Assembly (NCBI GenBank): GCA_002189035.1
Contig: NEEC01000010.1
Location: 1,674,001 to 1,738,000, forward strand
Direction: 5' to 3'
Origin: Utricularia gibba
Lineage: Eukaryota > Plantae > Magnoliophyta
DNA length: 64,000 bases
Below, in pieces: positions 26,027 through 45,604 of this stretch. Numbering within the stretch: position 1 is the first letter of the stretch; each line of letters starts with the position of its first letter. The notes under the pieces were generated by a model, which did no database searches, was not told the DNA's origin, and worked only from the letters and a program-made list of their open reading frames with translations. The position numbers and the translations under genes were made by a program.

Positions 26027-28932
26027 GGATTTCAGCAAAGGAGCATTCAAGAGCTGATCATTGGTTGCTGTTGTTGCAGTCAGAAGCAGTTTTTTTCATA
26101 CAAGGGAGAAGTGGTTTCTCTCTCAGCCATGGATGAGGAGGATTCGGGCTTAAAGAAGTTACCCCAGTTCCACAGGCAAAATAATAATAATAAAACCAGG
26201 ACGGTTTCAGAGAATCTAGTAGAGTATGAGAGGAACCAATCATACAGAGCATGCCCTATACATCCAGAACCAATGAACAAAAAAACACACTGCAACAAGG
26301 AAAAGAAAGCCACTGAAAAATCTATGTGGGGTTCCACTTTTGTTTCATTGAGAGCGCATCAACAACAAAGATGGGGTAAAGTTAAAAACCCAAAAATACA
26401 CATACACACACACACACACACAAAGTAATGAAGAGGGAAGTCAGTATTTTCTCAGCATCAACGCACGCGAGGGACCAGAAGGTGAGTTGTCGGATTATCG
26501 AGTGCTGCGCCCTTTTTCCCACATCTTTTCTCTCTACACAAAAGAAATTGACCTGTCAAGAGCTAAAAAGGCATCATCTTCTACCCCCATTAGACCATAA
26601 CCCTTGCTTCCGAGTCTTGTAAACAAAAAATCGATAACCCATTTCACCTTGAAGAAATGTGCATGCTCTTAACCTCAGGTGCTAAACCAGCAGCACTCCC
26701 TTGCGGAGCACTTCTGGGAGCGGAGCTGAAGAAGTACGCATTGGATGATATCAAAACCCATGCGGTGGCTGTGATATTTATTCTTCCCCACACGAAACAG
26801 TAATCTTCACTGTTACCAGATAAACAAGTCACTTGATTAAACAAAATAAATATATGCTCTCTCAAGGGTAGCGGATCAGTGCCTTGTAGCAATAAACAAC
26901 TGAAAGCAGAAGGAAAAAGAATCTTGCAGTGAAGAAAAACAGCAACCCCATTTTATATTCATATACAAAATCCAGTCTTTGGTTCGTATTGTTAAGCAAA
27001 TTGAAAGAGGCGCCATGAAATGAATCTACCAAGTTATTACCCTACTTTAGGTTGGAAAATTATTGATACGGATATTCCCCATCAAATTGCAACTCTTGCA
27101 AACAAGTACACAGCAAATTACAGCCTTGAGAGTGAGTCTTACTTCTGCACAACACTGGAAGCCATGACAAAGCAGAGATCTTTCTTCTTTTTCAGTTTCT
27201 TAACTCTTTTCCATGAAAACTCTACAGCTTGACGATCGGTTTGGAAAGTGGTAGCAACATGCTACTCCAAACGTACGTCTGTTCTTTTTTTTAAAATTCA
27301 CCTCAACCAGACACATCACCTTGTTCGCTGTCTAAAACAGTTGTTTGCGGACTGTTTACTGTTCAGTATTACAAACACCAGAAAATTGTAAGAAAAATGG
27401 GTTTGCAGGAGCAAGTGGGTCTGCATCAGAATCGAATGGGGAAGAAATCGCCGGACGCAAACCCCCCCCCCACAGACCTCAAATTTCTCTGAATTCCGAA
27501 TAAACAAATGGCGGTAAGGTCAGTTTGGTCAGTCTGCGTCTGCGAAACGACAGCGAAAGGAGGAGCCCAGGGGCAGTAAAGGGAAAACTTGCAAAAGGTG
27601 TACTTTTCCAACGATGATGTTTTCTCCACATCACCATTGGACTTTTATGCCCCCCATCACCTACACATACAAAACACATGATAACAATAATAAGAATAAT
27701 TATCTTTAAGTTCTTATATGAAATAATAGTGTAGTTTGTATATTACATTATATTTTATCACTTCTAATTATATTCCATATTTATAAAATATCTATTTTCT
27801 AACCAAAATATATATATATAAGTAATTTCTTAAGAATTCCTTTGATAATAGCATATTAGTATATTTAATTATAGTGAAATTGAGATTTTATTTACTATAC
27901 TATAAAAACACTCAAGAAAACATGCCTTGGTATAAATATAATTAATTTCCCTAACTTTCATTTGTGTATAATAACCACAATATCTTATCAATATAGTTAT
28001 ATAAATTTTAACACATATATACTAGTTAATCAAACAACATTTTATGTGTAAATTTGAATAGAAATATTTTATAATATAATATTAAGCATTGGATTGTCAT
28101 CATGCATTTGTGTCACACCCATTAAATTTAAAAATTAATATTTAAAATAATCATTTTTATCACATACATTATTTCTAAATCACTCCCATGATATAATATC
28201 TCATATTTTAAAAAAATTCACTCCAAACCTCAGTTTTATTGAAAATATTATAATTATTATATTTATTTTGATAATTTTTATATAAATTCAATTATATGCA
28301 CACTAAAACTATTACAACTCCCACGTACGCTACACAACAACCAAGAGTCATAGGGTGGGGACCACTAAAATTGGTAACCTTTCTTATTAAAACTTTTCCA
28401 TTTTTATTAAATTATTTTTTATTTTGAAAAAAAAACAGAAATCTTGCTGATTAGGGTATATAAATGACATGGGAAGTTGAATTGTGAAGAGTGGAATAAA
28501 ATGGAAAGGCGTTTATTGTGATCATTAAAACAGGGAGGCAATAAATAAATATATAATACTTGGGAAATAAATTTCAGTAAAACCAGAGGCAATAAATTAC
28601 TTTTACTGCGGGTGCAGTAAATGAGAAACGGTAAATAATTACGAGTAGGAGGAAGTAGAGAGGAATAGTAGGAGCTTTGTTATTTTTTACGTGAATTATT
28701 TGTTCATCATGCACCGGCTATTGACCACTCTTCCGGCCGTGGATTGTACCCTCGGGTAAAACTATACTTCTCAGCCTATAAATAATTACGTAATTATGGC
28801 GTCATTTAATTCAAATACCGGACATCTACGTACCTTAATCCCTTCGAAATTAGCAATTGTCACCACTTTGATATTAAATACAATTAATTTAACATAATAA
28901 CTATATCTAGGTCGTGTTTGATATAATTTCGA

Positions 28933-28936
<4 letters not shown>

Positions 28937-28983
<47 letters not shown>
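28937..28983. repeat. (AT)n microsatellite
   Basis: About 23 AT units, with a shorter TA tract near 29005-29020. Confidence 0.95.
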
Positions 28984-28987
<4 letters not shown>

Positions 28988-29029
28988 GAATTATGATTAT
29001 TTAATATATATATATATATTTCAATACAA

Positions 29030-29530
29030 TGGAAAGAGAAAATTGCAATAAAATCACTTTAAGTTTCAAAATTACAAAAAGAAAAACATCTCAATTTATT
29101 AAAATTGTGCAACGAAGAATCAAACGGTTTCAAAATTTTCAAAAATTAAACTGGCTCACAATAACATGAATCAACTCTGTTCTTACATTCAACAAAATTT
29201 CATACTAGTGCTTTTTATATTCACATATGTAATTCGATGAATCGAAATCACTTATTAAGTTTATATCACATTCGTGTCTACTGATTTTGGAGTTCGGTGA
29301 GTATAAAACCATAAGACTGAAGGAATAGAAGTTATGGATGTTGTTTACAATAATTCATAGTTATATTGACGTACACTTCAAATCTGTTAATTTTGATAAT
29401 ATGAGGGATTAAATACATAATTTCATAAGTTTGGGGATAAACTTTTTACAAAAAAAATAAGTTAAAGGGTTTATAACATAATTTTAAAATCTTAGAATTA
29501 AAATTTTTATATTAATTGTGATTTAGAATA
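29030..29530. mobile_element. AT-rich MITE/foldback-like element, family A, copy 3
   Basis: 29400-29511 aligns with 8068-8183 (taatttcataagtttg...aaaaaaaataa...taattttaaaa.cttaga...ttttatatt). The left end gagaaaattgcaataaaa resembles gagaaaattgtaataaaa near 14508. Confidence 0.5.
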
Positions 29531-30769
29531 ATATCCACAAACACCACCTCACTTTTAAAAATAATCTCTCAAATTATATTATGAGTTGAGGTTTTTTTTG
29601 TTCTTCAATGCTAATATATCTATAAAATGTGTATCATTTTAAAACAACTAAAAGTATTTTTAGAAATTTAAATTTTATGAATAATTTAAGGATTTTTATG
29701 GGAAAAAAAAATAAAGGGGAAAGATTGGTTTGGTGGTGAGGGGAAAAAGGAAAGTGGGGGTTTGGGGCCAGGTCCGTGTTGGGGTGTACGGCACCTTAAA
29801 ACTGAAAAGGCAGATGAAAGCGCAGGAATCTTTCGACGGTGCGGGCCCAGGGATTGCGCATGCAGGTTGCAGCCATTGAGATCGGCCATGATCCGACGGC
29901 CAAGATTCGCCTCCGCGCCCACGCCTCGTACCACGGGAATCCGGCCGGCAACTTCAAAACTTGAAAACAAAACTCCTGATGCGGCATTAGAATACTTGGT
30001 TTCCTTGAACCCTAATTTGTTGGGTTTTGCAGTCGTGTTTGTTTGAAGGGTTTTTCATCTGTGTTGGTGCGTTGAGGCGACGGATCTCCGTTTCATTAAG
30101 TGGGCTGCGTGGTGACCAGCAGCAGGTGTTGCTCCCAGTAAATGAATCGACCACACAATGTTTTCACCTGGGTAAATCTCAAGTCTCCCCACTTGTAAAC
30201 CCTAAGGACCAGGGTGATTCATTTCAGTCAATTAAATTCACATTTACCTCCTGGATTGCATATTCCATGATAAACAGATCCAGATCAATCCCCCCTCTAC
30301 TCCCACCTACACAGAGAGTGCGATGGTTTGTGATATGACAGACAATGCCCACCGCTACTGTTGCAGGCTAAACCCAGCTGTGAGCTCTTGGGTCGCACCG
30401 GTCTATTTGGAGATGGGGTGGTGGGGTGTAGGTGAAAAGGGGAAGTGGCGCCATGAGAGTACGGCAAAAATGTTGGTATTTGAACAGACCAACAAAATGG
30501 ATAGATATATTACTAAAGATTGCTTTTTTCTTTTCTTTTTTTACTTTTACTCTTCATGTGAAAACATGGCATCCACCGTCAAAAATGTGAAAACACAAGC
30601 CAACTACGGTGTTTATGTATTTTATATCAAGAAATTGATTTAGGTAATCGTTTATCCTTTCCAAACACCAGTTGTGAATTTGAAATGGGAAAATATGGGA
30701 ATCCAAAAAATGTGAAACTTCAATTTAAATGATAACGAAACTATGAGTATGCTCTATAATTTAAAGTTG

Positions 30770-31140
30770 TACTTTAGATTATGTAAAATAGAATCAGTTT
30801 TTATATTATATAAATAAAATAAATTTGGAGATTGTAAAATTATTTTGTGAAATACTATAAAATTATATTATAAAATTTAATAAAATAAAAATATATAATA
30901 AATAATTTGATGTATTAAATTATATATAATTTAATATTATAATATGTGTAATGGATTTTTAAAATAGATAAAAAAATGAATACTATTTTTAATTAATTTA
31001 TTATTTAATTATTAAAATAAAAGTAATAAATTTAATAATTTATAAATTAATAAAAATATTTAAATTTCTGAATTACTAAAAATTATGTTCTCAAAAAATT
31101 AAATAGAATTAATTTAGGAAATTATATACACAGAACAAGC
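30770..31140. repeat. Dispersed AT-rich repeat, family B (other copies ~55130-55500 and, inverted, ~1700-1850)
   Basis: agattatgtaaaatagaatcagtttttatattatataaat...aaattatattataaaatttaataaaata aligns with 55140 onward and with the reverse complement of 1700-1850. Confidence 0.55.
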
Positions 31141-33392
31141 CTTATCTTTCGTGAGAAACTTTAATAGTGTTTGCTGTAACTCTAACTTCAATAAAAAAAT
31201 ACTTCTAGAATTAATTATCAGACAAAACAGTGTTGTTTCTGCTTCACATGAAATTGATATAATGAATTATTTCAATTTTTTTGAGAATTTGAGGTACTTC
31301 TGGTCGGATTAAAATCGAAATGCTTCTTTAAAATATAAAATCACTTTTTTTAGAGTTATTTTTTAGAGATGTTCCAAACAGACCCTAAGATTCAATCCAA
31401 TCCAAATCATGATTAAATTAAAAAATGAGTTCAATTCGAGTTCATGTCATAAGTAGGGTAAAAAAGATGAACGCTATTTAGTTGTTTGGGCCGGTTTATT
31501 TACTGAAAACCGACACGAGAATTTTGACGGCAGCCCAATATGCTAATATTCATCTCAAGCCCATCTTCATGCTTCGATGTCCAAAACCTCGTGGTATCCT
31601 CAAGTCTTGGAGATGGAGCTTCTTCTCAGAACTGGAACACAGGTCTGCCGTGGACTTTTCATAGAAAGGACGACGAGATTTTGCGGGAATGAGATGTTTT
31701 TCAATGGCAAGCCGTTGTTTCATTCGGCTGCGCAACCACAATTCGGTGATTCGAGGGACGGCGACTTTCGATGGACGCGTCGGGATAATGTGAAACGATT
31801 TTTGTCATTTATTTGCGTTCATCGAAACTCAGTTATGTTAATGATGCCATTCACGGCGAGTAAACCTCCATCGTGTTCACGTAAGTATTCCTACTCATCT
31901 TCCTTGTGCTACTTGTATGTTATTCTTCTTGGTTGAGTATACTGGAAGCTTCGATTGGACATGTTTCAGGATGAAATCATAGTTTCTTATCGATATTTTG
32001 ATAACGGTATGCAGTTATAATGATATTCTGGAAGATGTAATACTGGCTTATGATCCCGTTTGCGGCAGTAAACTATCTAAGATTCCACCGGGAGATGAAC
32101 AATACTTTTCGCGTGAGATTGAAAGATAAGTTTATGATTTTTGTTGGAGAGGTGTTCGTGGTTGATTCCTGAGGGCAAGGTAGCTAAGGTCGCACGCTCA
32201 GCAGTTTGTCCCGAAGTTTTTTTGGGTTTGCATGGGGAACTGTTTTAGATGAAGAGATCTGTGAGGATTTTATTAAATTTCACCATCTTCACTCAAGGTA
32301 ACTCATCTGTTTGTGGCGTATTACCACTCATCATATAATACTTCAATACACATCCTATATGCAATGCTGTCAACCTCTTTCATGATGATTTGATGTGGAT
32401 TTGTTCTATCGGTGACACTGCCTTAAAGTATCCACTATGTTGTGTTTTTCTTTTCTTTTCCTTTTTTAATCATGGTATGATCATGTATTTCTGTCTGTTT
32501 GTCCATCCAAACGTTTGTGTTTTATGTTTGTCATCTGCACATGCTGTGGGGACCCTTGTTATTGGTTTAAGTGTATGGTTTATATATCATGTTGGAGAGT
32601 CGAAAGCAGGAGAGCCCCTGTCGCTTTTTTGTACAGAAACCACATGTAGCAATCAATGTTCATGCTTGGGCTATCCACAGAATCTCCCTTTATTATGTGC
32701 AGGCAGTGGTTTTACACTCAAGTCTTTCCCCTTGGCATTGCTTGCTCATTTTTGTCTGTTGAGCTCCTGGTCTACTCTCCCACCATTGGGAGCCAATAGA
32801 TCTCCTTTTGAGCATAGATCTTTTTATTTGCAGCTGAGATGCAGTGCATCACGGTGTGTTCACAGAGTGGCAGCATCTATTAGTGGAAGTCATGGGAGCC
32901 ATGAACATGTCATGTGGTGAGGGTGCTGAAAAGAGAGTGACTTGGCTGTTGAAGGTAATGGTGACTGTTCCTCCCATGTGCCTTCTTGGTATTTTTTGAA
33001 ACAACTGATGTTGGAGTCTGTGAAATCAGGCATGAATGATGACCATTTCCTGAAAGAATAATGTGATCCAGCCTTTCGGCTCGTGGTTAGGGTGAAACCA
33101 GAGTGAAACTCAACTGGGGGGTTCTTGTTGATCTCGGATTCGATCGACAGTCGGTTTGTCGTGCGCATCCGTACGCAGATCTGAATCGTTGAACTTGAAC
33201 CTGAGCCGGCCCGGAGCGGTGCGATACTCGAACACTCATATGCTGCTGGTGGAGAGGATATGCTTTGGGAATTAATGTATTTGGCCGCCAACGGATCGAC
33301 ACAAAGACGGAACTGCCCTTAGCTGACAGCCGTCGCGATATATAAACCCCAACGGCCCCCCCAATTTTTGTGCCGAATCCCTCGATTCACAA

Positions 33393-33794
33393 ATGTCTCA
33401 GTGCAGTGGTATCCGACGCATCGTCCGCCTCCGGCAGCTAATGCTCCGGTGGAAAAAGAAGGCTGCGGTACGCGCCTCCTACGCGCCGCCGGGGGTTCCA
33501 CCAGGGCACATCGTCGTGGCTGTCGGATTCAGCCGCCGGAGGTTCTTAGTGCGAGCGACGTACTTGAATCATCCTCTGTTCGGGAAGCTGCTTGAAAAGG
33601 CTGAAGAGGAGTACGGTTTCGAGAACTCTGGTCCTCTGGCGATCCCCTGTGACGAGGATTTTTTCGCCGAACTCATCCGGTTTCTGGATCGGTCGGAGAA
33701 TTCAGGAATCCAGGAGTTGCAGAGGATGTGTCGGTTAGGCATCAGCAGCGAACTCCAGATTCGTGCGGATTCCCGGCCTCTTCTCCGCGGATGA
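33393..33794 (+). CDS. SAUR: Small auxin-up RNA (SAUR) protein, intronless
   Basis: IRRIVRLRQLMLRW N-terminus; SAUR core VPPGHIVVAVG..RRRFLVRATYLNHPLFGKLLEKAEEEYGF..SGPLAIPCDE. TATA (tatataaa) near 33339. Confidence 0.95.
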   Translation: MSQCSGIRRIVRLRQLMLRWKKKAAVRASYAPPGVPPGHIVVAVGFSRRRFLVRATYLNHPLFGKLLEKAEEEYGFENSGPLAIPCDEDFFAELIRFLDRSENSGIQELQRMCRLGISSELQIRADSRPLLRG

Positions 33795-35322
33795 GCCGAA
33801 TAGGCCGGTCTATTTATCGGCGTGGGGGATTTGTTCGCAGAAGTGTTGAGTTGGAGATGGCAAGTAGGGTGGCTGCGCAAGTCGCCGCTGCGTCATCCCG
33901 TCGTGTTCCGTAGCTGCCGGAAAGCCGTGATGTTAATTCCATGGTTTAGATCGTCGGCATTGCTTTTCGTACTTCATTGAAATTCGTTATTGACAGGGAA
34001 ATTCCATTTTGATTTTTCACGCTTATGCAACGTACGCATTAATAATTTGCAAACCGAATCAAACATAAACGACGTCGTCCTTGCCTGAGATTTCGGTTTC
34101 GTCCTCCGGCGGTCTTCAGCAGAATTGGCGTACATGTTTCTCTAGATTCTCCGGCGGTCTTCAGCAGCACCGGAGGCGATTGATTCTGCGAGGGCAGACA
34201 ACGAGTATTGCGTTGCTGGAGATTCCATGCATCATTTGGAGCCGTGTTTCCACGGCTCACTTTGAAGCACATTCAAGGTAAACACGACGTCGTTTTTAAC
34301 CATGGGTCTGATCATTGGACTGGAAGTACTTATTCAGGGCCTGGAGGCCCATTCATCGATCCATCGAACGCATGGATCCAGCAAGCTGCACGCGCACAAC
34401 AAACAGATGTATTTGAACTTCGTAATAGTTATTCCTAAATTTTAGAATTAATTTTGTTATTAAGAACTATTTATATTTTATAATGAATAGAAATTCAAAA
34501 TTCTTATTATTTTTTTAAATGAAATAATTTGTGTTTTAAAATTAAGCTTCAATCACAATTGAACCATTTGATCATTTAAAAAAATGACCATTGAATCTTT
34601 CTATTTCATACGGTATCCACATTTATCATACAATTAAAATACAGTAACCATTTTTCATAATACATACTTGAACCACCAGATTGTTTTGATATCGATTTGG
34701 ACATGTCAGGATGTAAATATTATTTCTATAATATTTATATAAACCTGTCTTATTATTAATTTACGTTACTTCCATTCCAATGTAAAAAAAAAAAGTTATG
34801 CAAATTTGAGATTTGAATTACATTTATTTTATTGATCAGTAATTTAAATTAGATTATTGTAAAATATTTAATAGAGTTGGATCTTGAAGTTAAACTACTT
34901 ATGAAAATGAATTATTAAATAAATTAGATTATTGAAATTATTTCAAAGTAATATGAATATAAACAAGTGTAATTTTATTTATTATTTAAGCGTCCATTAT
35001 ATTATTTTATTTATTTTGTGGATTTTTTTAAATCAAATTCCTGGAATTGGGAACATATTTGGTGGTATAATTATTAAAAAAATACCGAAAGTACCCTTCC
35101 GTAACGAGGACAAGATATTATAGAGAAGGGAAGGTTATACGCTTGCCCTAATTTTTCGACTGTTCCAACGCCGGATTCGCATATTCGCTGTTCAGGCGCC
35201 GAGCTCGAGATTGCGTGGCGGTTTCATATTTTCAGTTGATTGGCGTCTCCGTTGGAGTAGTTTTATAGAATTTTATGGATTTCTGATTGGATTGAGTTGC
35301 GTATTTTGTATCGCTGTGAATT

Positions 35323-41640
<6,318 letters not shown>

Positions 41641-43529
41641 GAGGCACTGTGTTGGCCTCCCAGATTCGCCCATCTTGAATTCTTTATGTACGATAGTACA
41701 ATTTGTATGTGTACGACCATTATTGATTTTCTTTTAAACCCCAGGTGAGAAATTTACACTTCCCGCATTTGTGAACTGCACGCCATCTCTAGAATTGTAT
41801 TTCTTTACTGATAATGAGATTAGATCAAGTTGATTGTTAGCATTTTCATTCTCCGGGGACACGTCACTAGGTTTGGAAGTTACAGAGTATTTTCTGAATT
41901 GGCGGGCAGGGGGGAGTGGGTTGCGGAGTGTCGGTCAACACAAGGCGCTGGTGGGGGGAACCAGACGCAGAAACCCTTGAAAAAAAGCTCGAGACTGTGC
42001 CTTGACTGACTATTCAATTCATTACTCCCCAACTATGTTATCCCATTGAAGGATTCACGTTTGTGGACGAAAACACACCTCGAAAGTCTGTTAAATTGGC
42101 AGAAATGGGTGAGTGAGTGCACGAGGAAGTCAGATTCATTTGTGAACGGGGAGTGGAGTTCATTGAACATGCCCCGAAATGGGAACGTGGACCAGATGTT
42201 GTTCGTCAAGTAAAATAATGGGGCGTTTGGCATTATTGGCTGCCAGCCAGCCAGCCAGCCAGCCGCAGCATCACTCTGTTGACCAGTAATTACACCCCTA
42301 ATTTCTTCGTCTTAGCGGTTAGCTCCGGTCACGCCCCGCCTTCTAATTTCCATCCCCACCCCACCCCGTCACATTCCGGTGAGCATGAAGCTCTGCAGAT
42401 GCACAGATCGCAAACCCATATGCTCACACCCGATAAATTCATATCAGTTTTGTTTTTTTTAGCTGGATAGTGTAGTAGTATGGGCACTGGTTTACACGTT
42501 GATGGTAAATAGTGAATCCGGGGGCCAGCCAGCCAATGCAGCAGCTGGGTTTGACGTAGTCTCCCAGTGAGCCCGCTCCCCGAACACAGATCAGATCAGA
42601 TCAGATCAGAGTAGCCACCCCGGATGCAATGGATGTAACTCAGTAACTGGATTGTCTAGGTGGATGGTACCGGCCTCCCGCCGGCAGCAACTGGGGCTGG
42701 ACGTCATATACGGATGCCACGCCCGCCCTTCATCGTGGGCACCTCGATCAAATGTAGTTTTTGTGCCACAGATGACCAGAAACATCGTTTTTCAATCAGG
42801 CCCCAGCCCCATGTTTTCGCCTGAGAAGGGCGGTGACCCTCGCCTCTGCTCTCAACACGCGTCCTCTTCCGCCCATCCACCGCAATTTATCCCCAGGGAT
42901 CCACCACTTCAACTGTACACCACTGGACGCAGTAATGTATCATTTTATGTCAAGAAACTGCACAAATTAAAAAAAATGCTATATATATACCATTAAAACT
43001 ATAAATTTAAATTATTTTTGTAAATGATCGATTGATAATAGGCTATTAATATGTTTAAGTATATTATAATTAAATATGTATATACTAAATTGTATATAAT
43101 GTTTAATATCTGAGAATACATGATTCAATATACAAGTGGTATCAATATAATGTCATCTATATACTCAAAAAATAAGTATATAAATGATTTAATTATAGAA
43201 TATTGATACACATATAATGGTTAATAAACAATAATTTATGTTTAAAATTGAATATAAATTTTTTATATTATAATATCAAAACCGGTCTAAAAAATTACGT
43301 AATATTTGTTATGGGAGGGAGGAATCAATAAGCGTGTACTGAAAAGTATTTTTACACGCGATTAAAACTAAATATCTGACTGGACTTGGAGGGGGGAGAA
43401 AATGGTGCATGTGTGCCGGCGCATGGTACGTAGGGTGAGCTCCTGCCTCGCACTATAAATAGCCCGCGGCCTGGGGCAATCTTGATCGTACCCTCCTAGT
43501 GTCTTCTTCTTTAATCCGCCGCTGCTAAG

Positions 43530-45604
43530 ATGGATGTCCGACGGAGGTCTGCCGAAGCTAGGAGCCCTACCATGAAGAAGGATCGGGTGAATGCGGGAGC
43601 TGTGGATCATCCTTCGAAAGCTGCGGACGCTCTCCCGCGACTCCTGTATTTGACTAACGGTGCTTTCTTAATCTTGTTCTTCTCCGTCGCCTACTTTCTG
43701 CTCCATCGCTGGAGGGAGAAAATCAGAAATTCCATTCCTCTTCATGTCATCACCGCGTCTGAGCTCGGGGAGTAATTTGCCTAATCGCGTCGATCATTAA
43801 TCTCATCCGTTTCTTCGGAACCGATTTCGTGCAGTCGATTATATACAAACATGAGGCAGATTCAGAGTCGGACGATGATCAGCAGTGCTTGATTGTAGAA
43901 GATTCCCGCAAGATGCATTGCCCCTTGCCGCCTCTGCCGTCGAAGGCGATTTCTAGTCCGAAAATTGAAATGGATCTACCCCTGGAAGACGCGGAGATTG
44001 TGAATCGCGTTGTTTCTGGTGAAATCCCATCTTATTCGCTTGAATCAAAGCTTGGGGACTGTTTTAGGGCGGCGAAGATACGTCGCGAGGCAGTTCAGAG
44101 ACAGACGGGGAGGTCCTTGGAAGGACTGGCTCTGGAGGGATTCGATTACGACTCCATTTTAGGTCAGTGTTGCGAGATGCCGGTGGGTTATGTCCAGATT
44201 CCGGTGGGGATCGTGGGGCCTCTGTTGTTAAACGGAAACGAATACTCTGTACCGATGGCGACCACGGAAGGTTGCTTGGTGGCGAGCACAAACCGTGGCT
44301 GCAAAGCCATTCACGCATCTGGCGGCGCAACGTCCATTCTCGTTCGAGATGGGATGACCAGAGCTCCGGTAGTGAGGTTTCCATCAGCCAAAAGAGCCTC
44401 CGAATTGAAATTCTTCATGGAAGACCCGCTCAATTTTGACACGCTATCTGTCGTTTTCAACAAGTATGATAATTCCCCTACCTTTCTTGACTCTTCTCAT
44501 TCATCGTTGCCGTAGCGCAATATTGACTGAATTTCCAAGTTCCGTTAGTTATTCTAAAAATTATGTATACATTTTTTTTTTTCAGGTCCAGTAGATTTGC
44601 AAGGCTCCAAAGTGTTCAGTGTGCTATTGCTGGCAAGAACCTTTACATTAGGTTCAGCTGCAGTACTGGTGATGCTATGGGCATGAACATGGTTTCCAAA
44701 GGTGTTCAAAATGTCCTGGACTTTCTTGGAAACGACTTCCCAGATATGGATGTCATCGGAATCTCTGGTGAGTCCCATATGTCTCTCCTTGATCCTTTTT
44801 CTATAGACTTGGGAGTTACCTAATTTGATGTTCTCTGCGGTGTGATCTGCTTAGGATCCCCTTGACTATATACCGGCTTTCCTTTTATGATTGAAGTTTC
44901 GTTTCTTATCTTATCTGTCTTGTTGTAGGAAATTTCTGCTCTGATAAGAAACCCGCGGCTGTAAACTGGATCGAAGGACGTGGAAAGTCAGTGGTTTGCG
45001 AGTGCATAATCACTGGAGATGTTGTGACCAAAGTGCTGAAAACGACCGTACCCGCGCTTGTTGAACTCAATATGCTTAAGAATCTCGCTGGCTCAGCCGT
45101 TGCTGGTTCCCTCGGTGGGTTCAATGCTCATGCTGCAAACATCGTGTCGGCAGTTTTTATCGCTACCGGTCAGGATCCAGCGCAGAACATCGAAAGCTCC
45201 CACTGTATCACCATGATGGAACCTGTCAATGACGGCAGGGATCTCCATATCTCAGTAACGATGCCCTGCATCGAGGTACCTTCATCCATCTTGCCGTATC
45301 TTTCATGAGTTTTAGTTGCCCTGAGAGATCGGTAACACCGTAAGCGCAATTCCCGCAGGTTGGTACCGTCGGCGGCGGAACTCAACTAGCCTCCCAGTCA
45401 GCTTGCCTCAACTTACTCGGCGTGAAAGGCGCCAACAAAGAGTCCCCAGGCTCCAATTCCCAACTCCTGGCAAGAATCATCGCCGGCGCCGTATTGGCCG
45501 GAGAACTCTCCCTCATGTCCGCCATCTCCGCCGGACACCTTGTCAAGAGCCATATGAAATACAACCGTTCGAGTAGAGACGTTACGAAGGCCGTCTCTTC
45601 GTAA
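43530..45604 (+). CDS. HMGR: 3-hydroxy-3-methylglutaryl-CoA reductase (4 exons; one apparent -1 frameshift)
   Basis: MDVRRR N-terminal motif; ADALP..LYLTN membrane region; [39 protein letters not shown]; SnRK1-site context HMKYNRSS. Exons 43530-44463, 44586-44767, 44929-45275, 45359-45604. TATA ctataaatag near 43453. Frame slip at the G4 run 43767-43770. Confidence 0.95.

Noticed and set aside
42241-42610. (GCCA)n and (AGATC)n short tandem repeats upstream of HMGR
   Set aside because: These are ordinary microsatellites with no evidence of function.
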